Below are positions 29,685 through 40,066 of a stretch of DNA of 64,000 nucleotides, one piece after another. The DNA is from Candidatus Woesearchaeota archaeon (GTDB taxonomy: Archaea; Nanobdellota; Nanobdellia; Woesearchaeales; UBA583): the NCBI GenBank assembly GCA_965205335.1, contig OZ242164.1, positions 736,001 through 800,000 of the forward strand. The letters are read 5' to 3'. Both the position numbers and the translations under genes were made by a program. The number at the start of each line of letters is the position of its first letter. The stretch's first letter is position 1. The notes beneath the pieces were generated by a model. The model saw only the letters and a list, made by a program, of their open reading frames with translations, was not told the DNA's origin and made no database searches.

Positions 29685-30158
29685 CTATTTATAATCTACT
29701 TTCTTTATTTTTAGTGAAGAAATCCCAAACTTTTTCCCAAGTTTTCTAACTTCCCCTTTCTTTAAATCATCAAAATGATGATCACTTGTTATAAAAAGAT
29801 TACACTTCCACTTTATTGAGGTTGCTAAATGGATGGCATCTGTAACGGACAGATTGGGAAACATTTCTGACACATTTCTAAGAATGACATCAATGTCATC
29901 ATTTCCAACAACTTTCAAGCCAGTTTTAACCATTCTACTATAGAGGTTAACAAAATCAGATACTGCCTCAGACCCTTTTTTGCGAAAAATATTTGCAAAT
30001 GCCTCACCGACACCAAGGTGACTTATAATAGATTCATTTCCAAAAGCCTTTTGTTTAAGTATCTTTTCATAAGTACTTGTGTTCTCAATAGTGCATGAAT
30101 CATAATACCACTTCTGATAACTACCTTTCTTCCTATTAGCTTTTGTACTGCGACTCAT
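29685..30158 (-). CDS. PIN-domain (VapC-like) nuclease
   Basis: YYDSC, GE, DAIHLATS, FITSDHHF. Confidence 0.85.
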   Translation of the reverse strand: MSRSTKANRKKGSYQKWYYDSCTIENTSTYEKILKQKAFGNESIISHLGVGEAFANIFRKKGSEAVSDFVNLYSRMVKTGLKVVGNDDIDVILRNVSEMFPNLSVTDAIHLATSIKWKCNLFITSDHHFDDLKKGEVRKLGKKFGISSLKIKKVDYK

Positions 30159-30161
30159 AAT

Positions 30162-30380
30162 TTACTTTAAAGTTCCATCCATTTTCATCTTCTTCAACAA
30201 TATTTCAATTTCTAAATAATTATTTTCCCTTGCGTGTTTCCTTTCAAATTTATCCAACTTATTACCAATTAAAAAAAATATCTTATCTCTCTCTCTTTTC
30301 AAGTCTTTTTTTGTTATATCATCATAATCAAAAGAATCAATATCTTTTTCTGTTAATTCTGTCATTAGATTTTTCATCAT
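30162..30380 (-). CDS. Small hypothetical protein (possible antitoxin)
   Basis: 72 aa, acidic N-terminus, coupled between the flanking genes. Confidence 0.55.
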   Translation of the reverse strand: MMKNLMTELTEKDIDSFDYDDITKKDLKRERDKIFFLIGNKLDKFERKHARENNYLEIEILLKKMKMDGTLK

Positions 30381-30832
30381 TTTGGCAACTTTGACACCTC
30401 CTCTATAACATATTTTACCTCTTTATCATTAGCATTTTTCAATTCTTTAAGTCGTGTAACTGCAGAAGTTTCTCTCATTCCAAGCAGAAACCTCAATAGA
30501 TGAAAAGTTGTTATTAACTCAAGTTTGCGAGAGTCTTTGTTTTTAATAAAACCTTTAACTTTCTTAAATCTCTCCCCCATATCAGGTGAAGAAAACTTTA
30601 AACCCATAATTATATTTTTAGGTTCTATATCATATAAAATTCTCGTTAAATCGGGGCAGTATGGACCTCTTAAATACAAATTAAAGGAATAGTAAGGTGT
30701 CAGACCAAACAATTGGCTTATATATTGAACTTTTTGAGAAATAAGTCTATCATCAAAATTACTTCTATTTCCAACTCCTAATTTCTTTAATACAGAAACA
30801 GTGTATAAAGAATGATAATTAACCTCTGCCAT
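30377..30832 (-). CDS. YwgA/SocA-like winged-helix protein
   Basis: RLISQKVQY, YSFNLYLRGPYCPDL, LELITT. Confidence 0.65.
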   Translation of the reverse strand: MAEVNYHSLYTVSVLKKLGVGNRSNFDDRLISQKVQYISQLFGLTPYYSFNLYLRGPYCPDLTRILYDIEPKNIIMGLKFSSPDMGERFKKVKGFIKNKDSRKLELITTFHLLRFLLGMRETSAVTRLKELKNANDKEVKYVIEEVSKLPK

Positions 30833-30992
30833 ATTTACTCAAATATTTTATTTTTTATAAGTCTTGCTCCTCATTACAGCGGACTTAAATATTTGTGAAA
30901 GTTGCAATGATATTCAAAATAATCAGACGATTACATACATAAAAAATAAGGCAAAGTTTAATAAAAAAGCAATAAATTAAATACTTATTAAA

Positions 30993-32459
30993 ATGCCAAA
31001 ACATAGCAAAACTCAAGAACTTGCAATTGCTGTTAAAAAAGAAGAAAATATATCAGAATGGTACACACAGGTGATTTTAAAAGCAGATTTAATTGAGTAC
31101 ACAGATGTTTCAGGATGCATGATATTTAAGCCCAATTCATATCAAATATGGGAAAAAATTCAAGAACATATAAATAAAGGCATTCAAAAAATGGGAGTTA
31201 AAAATTCCTATTTTCCTCTCTTTATACCCGAAAGACTATTAACAAAAGAGAAAGATCACATTGAAGGCTTTGCCCCAGAAGTTGCATGGGTTGATTATGG
31301 AGGGAACACAAAACTTGGTGAAAGATTAGCAATAAGACCAACATCAGAAACCATAATATATGATGCATATTCAAAATGGATAAAATCATATAGGGATTTG
31401 CCTTTAAAACTTAACCAATGGTGTAATATTGTTCGCTGGGAATTTAAACATTCAACGCCTTTTTTAAGAAACCGTGAATTTCTATGGCAGGAGGGACATA
31501 GCGTCTTTGAAACAAAAAAAGAAGCAGATAAAGAAGTTTTGGATGTTCTTAAAGTATATCAATCAACTTATGAGAATTTACTAGCAATTCCTGTGACATT
31601 GGGGAGAAAATCAATAGGAGAAAAATTTGCAGGAGCAGATTATTCATATGCAGCAGAACCCTTCTCACCAATTGATGGAAAATCCATTCAAGCATGCACA
31701 TCTCATCACTTAGGACAGAATTTCGGGAAGGCATTTAATATCGAATTTTTAAATAAAAACCAGAAAAAACGAATTCCCTACCAGAATTCATGGGGATTCT
31801 CAACCAGAAGCATTGGCACATTAATTATGATTCATGGAGATAATAAAGGATTAGTTCTCCCTCCAAGAGTTGCACAAAATAAAATTATAATAATTCCTCT
31901 GCTATTTAAGGGAAAAGAAAAAGAAGTTCTAAAAGTAGCACATGAACTCAAAAAGAAAATATCCAAATTCAATCCATTACTTGATGATGATTCAAAAGAA
32001 AGTGCAGGATTTAAATATAATAAATGGGAAATTCAGGGAATCCCCATAAGAATTGAGATAGGTCCAAGAGATATTGAAAATAGGAAATGTGTTGTAGTTA
32101 GAAGAGATAATTCAGAGAAAATACAATTGGATTTACATGATAAAAATATAACTAAGAGATTTGATGAAATAATTAAAACTATGCATAATGAAATGTATGC
32201 AAGAGCTCAGAAATCAATGGAAGATGTAACAGTTGAAGTAGATAATTTTGAAGACTTCAAAAAGGCGATTAATCAGAAGAAAAGATGCCTTGTCCCATGG
32301 AAAGAAGATGTGCAAATGGAAGATGAGATAAAAGATAAAACAGGTGCAAGTTCAAGTTGTATCCCATTTGCCTTTAAGAAGAGAAGCCTTAAAGGAGTTA
32401 AGTGTTTTTACAGTGGAGAGAATGCAACATGTTTCTCTTATTTCTGCAAATCTCATTAA
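30993..32459 (+). CDS. proS: Proline--tRNA ligase (archaeal/eukaryotic type)
   Basis: EWYTQVI, RPTSET, QWCNIVRWE, REFLWQEGH, SWGFSTR. Confidence 0.97.
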   Translation: MPKHSKTQELAIAVKKEENISEWYTQVILKADLIEYTDVSGCMIFKPNSYQIWEKIQEHINKGIQKMGVKNSYFPLFIPERLLTKEKDHIEGFAPEVAWVDYGGNTKLGERLAIRPTSETIIYDAYSKWIKSYRDLPLKLNQWCNIVRWEFKHSTPFLRNREFLWQEGHSVFETKKEADKEVLDVLKVYQSTYENLLAIPVTLGRKSIGEKFAGADYSYAAEPFSPIDGKSIQACTSHHLGQNFGKAFNIEFLNKNQKKRIPYQNSWGFSTRSIGTLIMIHGDNKGLVLPPRVAQNKIIIIPLLFKGKEKEVLKVAHELKKKISKFNPLLDDDSKESAGFKYNKWEIQGIPIRIEIGPRDIENRKCVVVRRDNSEKIQLDLHDKNITKRFDEIIKTMHNEMYARAQKSMEDVTVEVDNFEDFKKAINQKKRCLVPWKEDVQMEDEIKDKTGASSSCIPFAFKKRSLKGVKCFYSGENATCFSYFCKSH

Positions 32460-32776
32460 TTTTTATCTAATTCCATATATTTCTCTTGAGTTTCTCTGAA
32501 AATCTTTAATGCCTCAGAACCTTTCTTTGTTATCGAATAACCTATATGAGCTCTCTTTCCAGATTTCACAATATCATTTTTAATGAGATTATTTTCAATT
32601 AACTCTTCTCTTGACTCATTTATTGTTCTTGAAGAATAATACTTTCCAGTTCTTGGATTTTTTAATTTCTTGAAATCATCAAACCTCAAAGGTGTTTTAT
32701 TTCCATCTAAAACTTTTAAAATTTCAAGATTGCTCTTTGAAGTCAGAAAAACAATGCTTCTATCTTTTTTACTCAT
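32456..32776 (-). CDS. Winged-HTH transcriptional regulator (HxlR/ArsR-like)
   Basis: LEILKVL, LRFDDF, SSRTI...ELIENNLI, YSITKKG. Confidence 0.75.
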   Translation of the reverse strand: MSKKDRSIVFLTSKSNLEILKVLDGNKTPLRFDDFKKLKNPRTGKYYSSRTINESREELIENNLIKNDIVKSGKRAHIGYSITKKGSEALKIFRETQEKYMELDKN

Positions 32777-32982
32777 AACAGCAAATGGGTTTTCTCTAAT
32801 ATATACTTTGATTTTTATAAAGAAACTCTAATTTATATTAATAAACTTCATAAATATTCAAGGATTTCATATTATATGAACCTTAAAAATGATTTCATTA
32901 AACTATTAGAAGAAGATTACGGGTTTAGATGTGATGTTAAAAGAATACTTGACATAGATGAAATTGAATCAAAAATTGAATT

Positions 32983-34383
32983 TCAAACATTCAAACTACT
33001 CTCATCCTTCTCTCTTATCTCGCAAGAGGCTTTATTATAATTTTTCTCCTTAACAAACTCCGGTCTTGTTATTGTAGCTCTATCTCCTTCAAATTCCATA
33101 ACATCTCCGATGAGAGGCAAAAACACATTAGTATTTGGAAGATTTTCTCTTGCAAACCTCTGGGACTCACACAGAGCATCAAGATCTCCATGCTGTAAAA
33201 TCAGATTCTTTGGCTGGATTGAACACATCATCTTCCGAATAGATGTTTGACCATAATGTGCGGAAAAATCAAACTTTCGGACATGGCACTTAACGGGAAC
33301 TCTATGATGATGAGAATAAAACAAATGATCCTCAAAAATGAATCTTCCATTAGTTCCCTTTGCCTGAAAGCCAGTTAAAATAATAAAATTATCCTTTTGG
33401 GAAATATAATGCTCGCAATACCTCATAACAGGACCTCCCTGAACCATCCCCGAAGTTGAAACAATAACAACCCCTTTCTTTCTTGCAATCTCATCTCTCT
33501 CCTTTGGATGCTTAATCATAATCACCCTATGTAACATTGAACTGAGCAAATCTCTATTATCAATATAAGGATCATCAGACTCTATAATCATACTTGTTAA
33601 CTTTCTTGCCATACCGTCAAGATAAATAGGAATCTTTTCATCAAGCTTTGATAAAATAATTAAAATCTCCTGAGACCTTCCAACTCCAAAAACAGGAATT
33701 AATGCAGAACCTCCCAAACTTATACATGTATGAATTGAATCAAGAAGTCCCTGTTCTGATTCCCTCTTATCAGGATGAGGTCTGTCTCCATATGTATTCT
33801 CTGTAATCAGAATATCAATATCACATATACTCTCTAACTCTGAAGATATCATCAAATTAGTATCTTCTGTATTAATATCTGATGTATAAAGCAATTTCTT
33901 CCCCTCAAGTTCAAGAAGAATAGAAGACCCTCCAGGAATATGCCCTGAATTCAAATACGTAAACTTAACCTTCCCATCATGCGTCTCATACTGCTTATCA
34001 TATTTCACATACCTCAAATCATCCTTTACCTTTCCAATATCACGTTCAGCATACGCAGGATGCAAATGCTTCAACCTTTCAATATGATAATTATCCTCTA
34101 AAAGCAAATTAGTTATCTTCCATGTAAGAGGAGTTAAATAAATAGGACACCTTAAATTTTTATGTTCAAGCATTGGAAGACCCCCACTATGATCCAAATG
34201 AGCATGAGACAAAAACACACCGCTTAACTCATACACCTTATCCAAATACTTAGGATACTCTGCTCCCTTTGATGTAAACTTAATCCCAACATCTATAATA
34301 TATCTTCTGCCTTCCGTTATTACCTCAACACATGATTTCCCAACTTCACCTGCCCCTCCGTGAAATATGATTTTCATAAACAT
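32983..34383 (-). CDS. MBL/beta-CASP ribonuclease
   Basis: GGAGEVGKSC, SHAHLDHSG, GHIPG, ENTYG, GRSQE, SGMVQGG, FSAH. Confidence 0.93.
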   Translation of the reverse strand: MFMKIIFHGGAGEVGKSCVEVITEGRRYIIDVGIKFTSKGAEYPKYLDKVYELSGVFLSHAHLDHSGGLPMLEHKNLRCPIYLTPLTWKITNLLLEDNYHIERLKHLHPAYAERDIGKVKDDLRYVKYDKQYETHDGKVKFTYLNSGHIPGGSSILLELEGKKLLYTSDINTEDTNLMISSELESICDIDILITENTYGDRPHPDKRESEQGLLDSIHTCISLGGSALIPVFGVGRSQEILIILSKLDEKIPIYLDGMARKLTSMIIESDDPYIDNRDLLSSMLHRVIMIKHPKERDEIARKKGVVIVSTSGMVQGGPVMRYCEHYISQKDNFIILTGFQAKGTNGRFIFEDHLFYSHHHRVPVKCHVRKFDFSAHYGQTSIRKMMCSIQPKNLILQHGDLDALCESQRFARENLPNTNVFLPLIGDVMEFEGDRATITRPEFVKEKNYNKASCEIREKDESSLNV

Positions 34384-34510
34384 ACCCTACAATTTATATT
34401 TATATTTATTTGTCACTAAAACATTCGAAGAAAACATCATTTCAAACTAAGTTCTTCGTACTTGACACAAACTTTATATACATAAGCCTATATATATATT
34501 TCAAGTAAAA

Positions 34511-34702
34511 ATGAGTGATGCTATAACTATTCCAAAAAGTGAATATAATTTTCTAAAAAAGTGTGAGAAAACCTTAAAAAGCATAAAAGAAGATGATGTA
34601 TTAAGAGAAGAAGAGATTAAACTTATTGAGGAAGCTAAAAGAAGCAAAAAACTAAGCAAAGCAGAATTTTTAAATAGATTTGACAAATTGCAAAATGCTT
34701 AA
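34511..34702 (+). CDS. Antitoxin (RelB-like)
   Basis: ITIPKSEY...LREEEIKLIEEAK...LSKAEF; overlaps toxin start. Confidence 0.75.
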   Translation: MSDAITIPKSEYNFLKKCEKTLKSIKEDDVLREEEIKLIEEAKRSKKLSKAEFLNRFDKLQNA

Positions 34703-34950
34703 AGTTCATTACAGAGAACTATTTTTTTAAAGATTTGAAAAATATTAAGGATAAATTTCTACAAAGGAAGATTGTCAAGAAAACTCTTGAATTTGAACAA
34801 GGAAGTGAGCCTTTTGGAAAAAAGTTGAAAAATGTTTCTTATTGGTCATTGAGAATTGGAGGACATAGAATTATCTTTGAGAAGAAAGGTAATGACATTG
34901 AATTTTATAGAATTCTTCCAAGAAAATTTAAGTATAGAGAGTTAAGATAA
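34695..34950 (+). pseudogene. RelE toxin frameshifted at a T7 run
   Basis: ATG 34695 hits TAA 34728; removing one T joins MLKVHYRELFFKDLK to PFGKKL..WSLRIGGHRIIF..PRKFKY. Confidence 0.8.
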
Positions 34951-35125
34951 TTCAGTAAAAATACATAATTACTTAGTAAATCTCAACTTCTAAAATATCA
35001 TCAGGACTAATCAAAACAAATCCGAAGAAAACATCATTTCAAACTAAGTTTCTTGTACCCAAATCCATCAAATTCTGGTTTTAATAGTGCTAATATTTAT
35101 AAAAACTATACAGTTTAAAATTTTT

Positions 35126-36760
35126 ATGAGTGATGAAAAAAAGGATAGTTTTGGAAATAAAATTATTGATATCCTTAAATCAGGAAAAGTCTGGATTTTG
35201 ATTCTTTTTATAATTATAAGTCTTTATTCTATAAACTATCAACTTAATCCAGATGGTGTTGTCATAAATGGAGTTGGCATCTCATCACCTGCTGAAAACT
35301 CAGGAATGCGTTTTGATAACAACTTAGGACTCACATCATATGAGAGAATTCTCTATTTGGACAAAAAACAAATTAACACAGTTGATGACTACTACAACTA
35401 CATAAACAACTCAGAATCTAATTCAAGTCTGACAATTAGAACGGACACAAACCCAAGCGGATACCAAATACAGATAGGCGAGATTAATAACGAAACAATT
35501 TCAGAATATATAGGCATTGCAATAAGAGATGCCCCAAAATCAAACATTAGATTAGGAATTGATTTGTTGGGGGGTTCAAGACTAATATTAGAACCTGTAG
35601 ATGAAATTACAGATTCGGATTTTGATTTACTTGAAAATACTCTTCAGTCAAGACTTGATGTTTACGGAGCATCTGGAACCAAAGTAAGTAGAATAGAAGA
35701 TACATTTTCAAGCAAGAAATTTCTAATGGTTGAAAGTAGTCATTCAAACAAAAATGACATCTTGCAATTAATTGAGAAAGAAGGAGTCTTTATTGCAAAC
35801 ATAGGCAATAAGACAGTTTTCACAGGAGACAACGTTGCTCGTGTATTTAACGACCCATCCCATCAATTCTTTGAAGGTTGCAGTGGAGATGAAAGTTCTG
35901 GTTATATCTGTACTTTCTCATTTAGTTTTCAGATTGACTCCGAAGGTGCAGATAACTTCTTTGATGTATCAAGTACTCTTGGAGTTGCAGGAGGGCATCT
36001 TTCTGAGAAACTATATTTCTATTTAGACGGAGAAGAAATTACAGACTTAAACATTGATAAAAGTTTTAAATACAGCAAAATTACAAATCCATCTATAACT
36101 ATTTCTGGAAACGTTATGCAGACAGAAGAACTTGCAATTGAAAGTGCTAAAAAAGAAATGAGATTTTTGCAGGCAATCCTATCAACTCAAAACCTCCCCT
36201 CAGAACTTGAAGTTGTTGCATCATATTCAATTACCAGTTCAACAGGGCAAAAATTACTTGATAACGCAATAATTGTTGGTTTGATTTCTTTATTAATTGT
36301 ATCAGGAATAATTGCATTGCGTTACAGAAACATTTCTATATTTATCGGGATTTTTATAGCTCTTGCAGGAGAAGTTATAATTGTTTTCGGGATTGCGGCA
36401 TTTATGAAACTAAGCATTGACTTAGCAGCCATAGGAGGACTCATTGCTGCAATTGGTACGGGAGTTGATGATCAGGTAATCATAACAGATGAATACTTTC
36501 GTGGGAAAAATTCAAAACTATCGAGCAGAAAAAGAATCAAACATGCTATCACAATAATTATGCTTGCATACTTTACTACTCTTGCAGCAATGATTCCATT
36601 GTATTTTGCAGGATTAAAAGTTCTCCAAGGATTTGCCTTTATGATTATAATAGGAGTAACAGTTGGGGTTTTAATTACAAGACCAATGTATGCAACATAC
36701 TTAAGACTTATTATGACAAGCAGGGCTCAGAGAAAAGAAGAGGAGGAAAATGATGATTAA
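35126..36760 (+). CDS. secD: Protein translocase subunit SecD (with PDZ-like insert)
   Basis: LGIDLLGG, SRLD, DLAAIGGLIAAIGTGVDDQVIITDE, GFA, TRP. Confidence 0.92.
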   Translation: MSDEKKDSFGNKIIDILKSGKVWILILFIIISLYSINYQLNPDGVVINGVGISSPAENSGMRFDNNLGLTSYERILYLDKKQINTVDDYYNYINNSESNSSLTIRTDTNPSGYQIQIGEINNETISEYIGIAIRDAPKSNIRLGIDLLGGSRLILEPVDEITDSDFDLLENTLQSRLDVYGASGTKVSRIEDTFSSKKFLMVESSHSNKNDILQLIEKEGVFIANIGNKTVFTGDNVARVFNDPSHQFFEGCSGDESSGYICTFSFSFQIDSEGADNFFDVSSTLGVAGGHLSEKLYFYLDGEEITDLNIDKSFKYSKITNPSITISGNVMQTEELAIESAKKEMRFLQAILSTQNLPSELEVVASYSITSSTGQKLLDNAIIVGLISLLIVSGIIALRYRNISIFIGIFIALAGEVIIVFGIAAFMKLSIDLAAIGGLIAAIGTGVDDQVIITDEYFRGKNSKLSSRKRIKHAITIIMLAYFTTLAAMIPLYFAGLKVLQGFAFMIIIGVTVGVLITRPMYATYLRLIMTSRAQRKEEEENDD

Positions 36761-36762
36761 AA

Positions 36763-37530
36763 GTGGCATTTGTTGATTTTCATTGTCATTTAGACTGGGA
36801 AAGTTACGATGATAAAAGATTTAAAATTGTAAAAGAAATGAAAGAAAAAGGAATTATTGCTCTAACAAACACTCTAAACCCTAAAAATTACGCACAGGTT
36901 TGTGAGATGTTTAAAGATTACGATAACATCAAAGTATGCCCTGGACTTTACCCTCAGGATAGTGAGAAAATCTCTGATACAGACTTTAAAAATTATCTCA
37001 AATTAATTGAACATAAAAAAGATGAATTCATTGCAATAGGAGAAATTGGACTTGACAGGCATCACACAACCAACCCGGATTTATGGAAAATTCAGGAAAA
37101 AAGATTTCGTGCATTAATTGAACTTGGCATTAAAATAGACAAACCTCTTATCATTCATACAAGAAAAGCCGAAGAAGTTGCATTGACGATACTAAAAGAA
37201 TACGTTGAAAAACACAATTTTCGAAAATTTAATTTACACTGTTTTAGTGGAAAGAAAAAATTAATAAAGACAATAAAAGAATTACAAATATATTGTTCAG
37301 TACCATACATTGTAAAAAACACTCAGAGTTTTCAAATCTTGGTAGAAGAACTTCCTATAACGCAGTTGCTTGTTGAAACGGACAGTCCTTTCCTGCACCC
37401 GCAGAAGATAAGAAATTCACCTCTGAGTGTGCCCTTTATATATGAAGAAATAGCAAGAATTAAGGGCTATGATAAAAAGGAAATTGAAAATATTATATAT
37501 GCAAATTTTCAGAAAATAACAATGCAATAA
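36763..37530 (+). CDS. tatD: TatD-family DNase
   Basis: DFHCHLD, IGEIGLD, IHTR, HCFSG, ETDSP. Confidence 0.92.
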   Translation: MAFVDFHCHLDWESYDDKRFKIVKEMKEKGIIALTNTLNPKNYAQVCEMFKDYDNIKVCPGLYPQDSEKISDTDFKNYLKLIEHKKDEFIAIGEIGLDRHHTTNPDLWKIQEKRFRALIELGIKIDKPLIIHTRKAEEVALTILKEYVEKHNFRKFNLHCFSGKKKLIKTIKELQIYCSVPYIVKNTQSFQILVEELPITQLLVETDSPFLHPQKIRNSPLSVPFIYEEIARIKGYDKKEIENIIYANFQKITMQ

Positions 37531-37533
37531 AAA

Positions 37534-38268
37534 ATGTCAGAAATCAAAGTATTAACAATTCCCCTATCAAGGGAAAACAAGGATGTTAGCTACAAATATA
37601 AAAAAGTTGTAGAAGATAGAAACGAAATAATCGCAAAAAGATTTAATATGAAGCCATTAGACATTACATTAAAATTCTATTATTCAAAAGGAGAACTTGT
37701 TAGTTCACTTGGCCCAAACTATGATGGGACGGGAGTTTACGCAGGATATGTTGATGGGACAGATGAAATAATGGTTTTGCATCCTGATGCGGCGCAGGGA
37801 CTTTTAGATAACTTAGACAAGGAAATCTTAGTTCTTATTGACTATGATCTTGTAAAATTATATTTATGCAAGAAATATTATCCAAATCTAGAAGACTTCA
37901 AATTATACTATAAATATGTATCAGAATCATTAGCAACTTTTTCTGCTGGAAATTATCGTGAAAATAGCATCAAATTTGACATTAAAATGCATTTTGATGG
38001 AAAGAAATACAGAAAAGATCAGGAATTGAATTTGGTGTTTTACATCATGTTTAAGAATTCAGGACTTAGTTTTATATATGAGAATTTAGATACAATTATG
38101 TCTGATATGGATATTAAAAGAAGTATTTTTAACATTTACAAAAAATCAATAAATGACTTGTTAAAACCTGAGAAGGAAAAAGTAATTGAAGAGCAGAGAC
38201 TTAAAATGGAACTTGAAAGGGCAAAAAGAGCAGCAGCAAGAGAACAAGCAGTAAACTCAAGCAATTAA
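37534..38268 (+). CDS. Hypothetical protein
   Basis: 244-aa ORF in operon with secD/tatD. Confidence 0.7.
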   Translation: MSEIKVLTIPLSRENKDVSYKYKKVVEDRNEIIAKRFNMKPLDITLKFYYSKGELVSSLGPNYDGTGVYAGYVDGTDEIMVLHPDAAQGLLDNLDKEILVLIDYDLVKLYLCKKYYPNLEDFKLYYKYVSESLATFSAGNYRENSIKFDIKMHFDGKKYRKDQELNLVFYIMFKNSGLSFIYENLDTIMSDMDIKRSIFNIYKKSINDLLKPEKEKVIEEQRLKMELERAKRAAAREQAVNSSN

Positions 38269-38789
38269 AATAATTTGGATATAATTGGCATATATTCTCT
38301 AAAATTAGGGGTAATCAAATGTCTTAAATAAAGGGCTTTAGTCCCTCTTGGTTGTGAAGTGTGATATCTATATAACCTGTTTGCTATGCAGTCAGCAGTA
38401 TTTACAATGGGTATGGTTTCATCTGCCTGAGGGACAGAATCAATTCGAGGCACATTCTCTAAGACAAATTCCAACCCATTTATTATCTTTTCAAGCACAC
38501 TTGTTGAAGTCTCTCCATCAGCAATTACATATTCTATATCTGAGTAAGCTCTAATTAATTCTGCATAGATTACAAAAATCACACCATTTGGTTTGAATAA
38601 TTCTTTGTGCTCTCTATGTATAATAATATATTTGAATTCCTTACTTCCTATCACTCCTTTTTGTTCTCCTTTATGTCTGATTTTTTCCATGTCTTCTTTC
38701 CTTATATATTTGTCTTTATTTGATGGTGCTCCAACAAAAATTTCAGGAAACCTGCCATGATTTGATTCATCTATTCCTAGATATCTCAT
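38265..38789 (-). CDS. RNase H-fold protein (divergent RNase HII-like)
   Basis: YLGIDESNHG, IADG, PQADE, TADCIA. Confidence 0.6.
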   Translation of the reverse strand: MRYLGIDESNHGRFPEIFVGAPSNKDKYIRKEDMEKIRHKGEQKGVIGSKEFKYIIIHREHKELFKPNGVIFVIYAELIRAYSDIEYVIADGETSTSVLEKIINGLEFVLENVPRIDSVPQADETIPIVNTADCIANRLYRYHTSQPRGTKALYLRHLITPNFREYMPIISKLF

Positions 38790-38952
38790 ATCATTTTCTC
38801 ACATTATAGATTTAAGTACTTTTTGGTTAATTAGTTCTTTTATAATAGTGACGCAACCAGCAAATTATAAGAACTCAAACAATAAATATAAATATCCTTT
38901 TCAATACCTTTCATACTATAATAATTGAGAAGAGATTACTTACTTATGAAAT

Positions 38953-39459
38953 ATGGAAAAGATAGACTATTATAACGAAATATCACAGGGATATGAAGAA
39001 CTTCACAAAGAAGAACAACTTGAAAAAATTGAAATAATTAAGAAATTCCTAAAACCATCCAAAACAGACAAATTACTTGATGTTGGCTGTGGAACAGGAA
39101 TAAGCACAACCCCTTGGGACTGTGAAGTTTATGGATTGGATTCATCTATAAAACTTCTTAATGAGGCTAAAAAGAAAAAGCACCCAAATGCAAAATGGAT
39201 TCTTGCAGATGCTCAGAAAATCCCTTTCAAAAGTAATTTTTTTGATTACGTAATCTCAGTTACTGCACTTGGAAATTTTGAAGACATAGACAAAGAACTT
39301 TTTGAAATAGAAAGAGTTGGAAAAAATGACTTTATTCTAACATTTCTAAAACACTCTCCAAAAAAGGAAAAAATAACTAAATTGATAAGAAGCAAATTCA
39401 AAGTACTAAAAGAATACGAGCAGAAAAACGATTTAATATTCATATGCAGAAAGAAATAG
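38953..39459 (+). CDS. Class I SAM-dependent methyltransferase
   Basis: LLDVGCGTG, GLDSS, ADAQKIPF..FD. Confidence 0.9.
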   Translation: MEKIDYYNEISQGYEELHKEEQLEKIEIIKKFLKPSKTDKLLDVGCGTGISTTPWDCEVYGLDSSIKLLNEAKKKKHPNAKWILADAQKIPFKSNFFDYVISVTALGNFEDIDKELFEIERVGKNDFILTFLKHSPKKEKITKLIRSKFKVLKEYEQKNDLIFICRKK

Positions 39460-39465
39460 AGGGAA

Positions 39466-39807
39466 TTACTTCTCCTTGTGCTTCATAAGAACCTTAGTTT
39501 GAAGAAGTGATACAACTTCATCTAAATCCTTGTCCATTTTATCAAAATGTTCAATCACGTACAGATAAACAAAAAACAATAACAATGTCCCAACACTAAG
39601 TGATGCAATTAAAAGTTCATTTGACATTAACTTTGAGAAACTTGAATAAATTGCTATTAGAATCAGCAGAGCATAAACAATTACAGTCTTTGATAAAATC
39701 ATACTGTACTTCTCCTTGTTAAGTTTTGTCTTCTCAACAATCAGATTAATAACTGCCCCATCTAAAAGTGAGAACTCCTGAGCACTATTTTTTTTGATTA
39801 GTTGCAT
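39466..39807 (-). CDS. Two-TM membrane protein
   Basis: Two hydrophobic helices. Confidence 0.7.
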   Translation of the reverse strand: MQLIKKNSAQEFSLLDGAVINLIVEKTKLNKEKYSMILSKTVIVYALLILIAIYSSFSKLMSNELLIASLSVGTLLLFFVYLYVIEHFDKMDKDLDEVVSLLQTKVLMKHKEK

Positions 39808-40066
39808 ATATTTCTATTAAATTAAAATCTATATAGAGATTTGTAATTTTTATAAAGTGATGAATTCAGACAGAGTATAATCAAAAACTTAAGAAACACA
39901 TAATGATAAAAAATTAGAGTAATTGTTTTAAATTATTAAAATCTTATAAAAACATTTTACAAGAATCTTATTATCAAGCCAATTATCTCTATTTTCATCT
40001 GTATTGCAAGATGTTTACCAGTCTTAGAAGACAAAGTTTTAAAAAGGCAAAAAAAGGGAGATTTCT

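Larger units (their letters stand above)
34426..35050. repeat. 28-bp direct repeats bounding a TA module
   Basis: CGAAGAAAACATCATTTCAAACTAAGTT at 34426-34453 and 35023-35050. Confidence 0.9.

Noticed and set aside
34426-35050. Possible CRISPR or dif site from 28-bp repeats
   Set aside because: Only two copies 597 bp apart, no cas genes, no dyad symmetry
36763-37530. TatD as evidence of a Tat export pathway
   Set aside because: TatD is a nuclease unrelated to Tat transport
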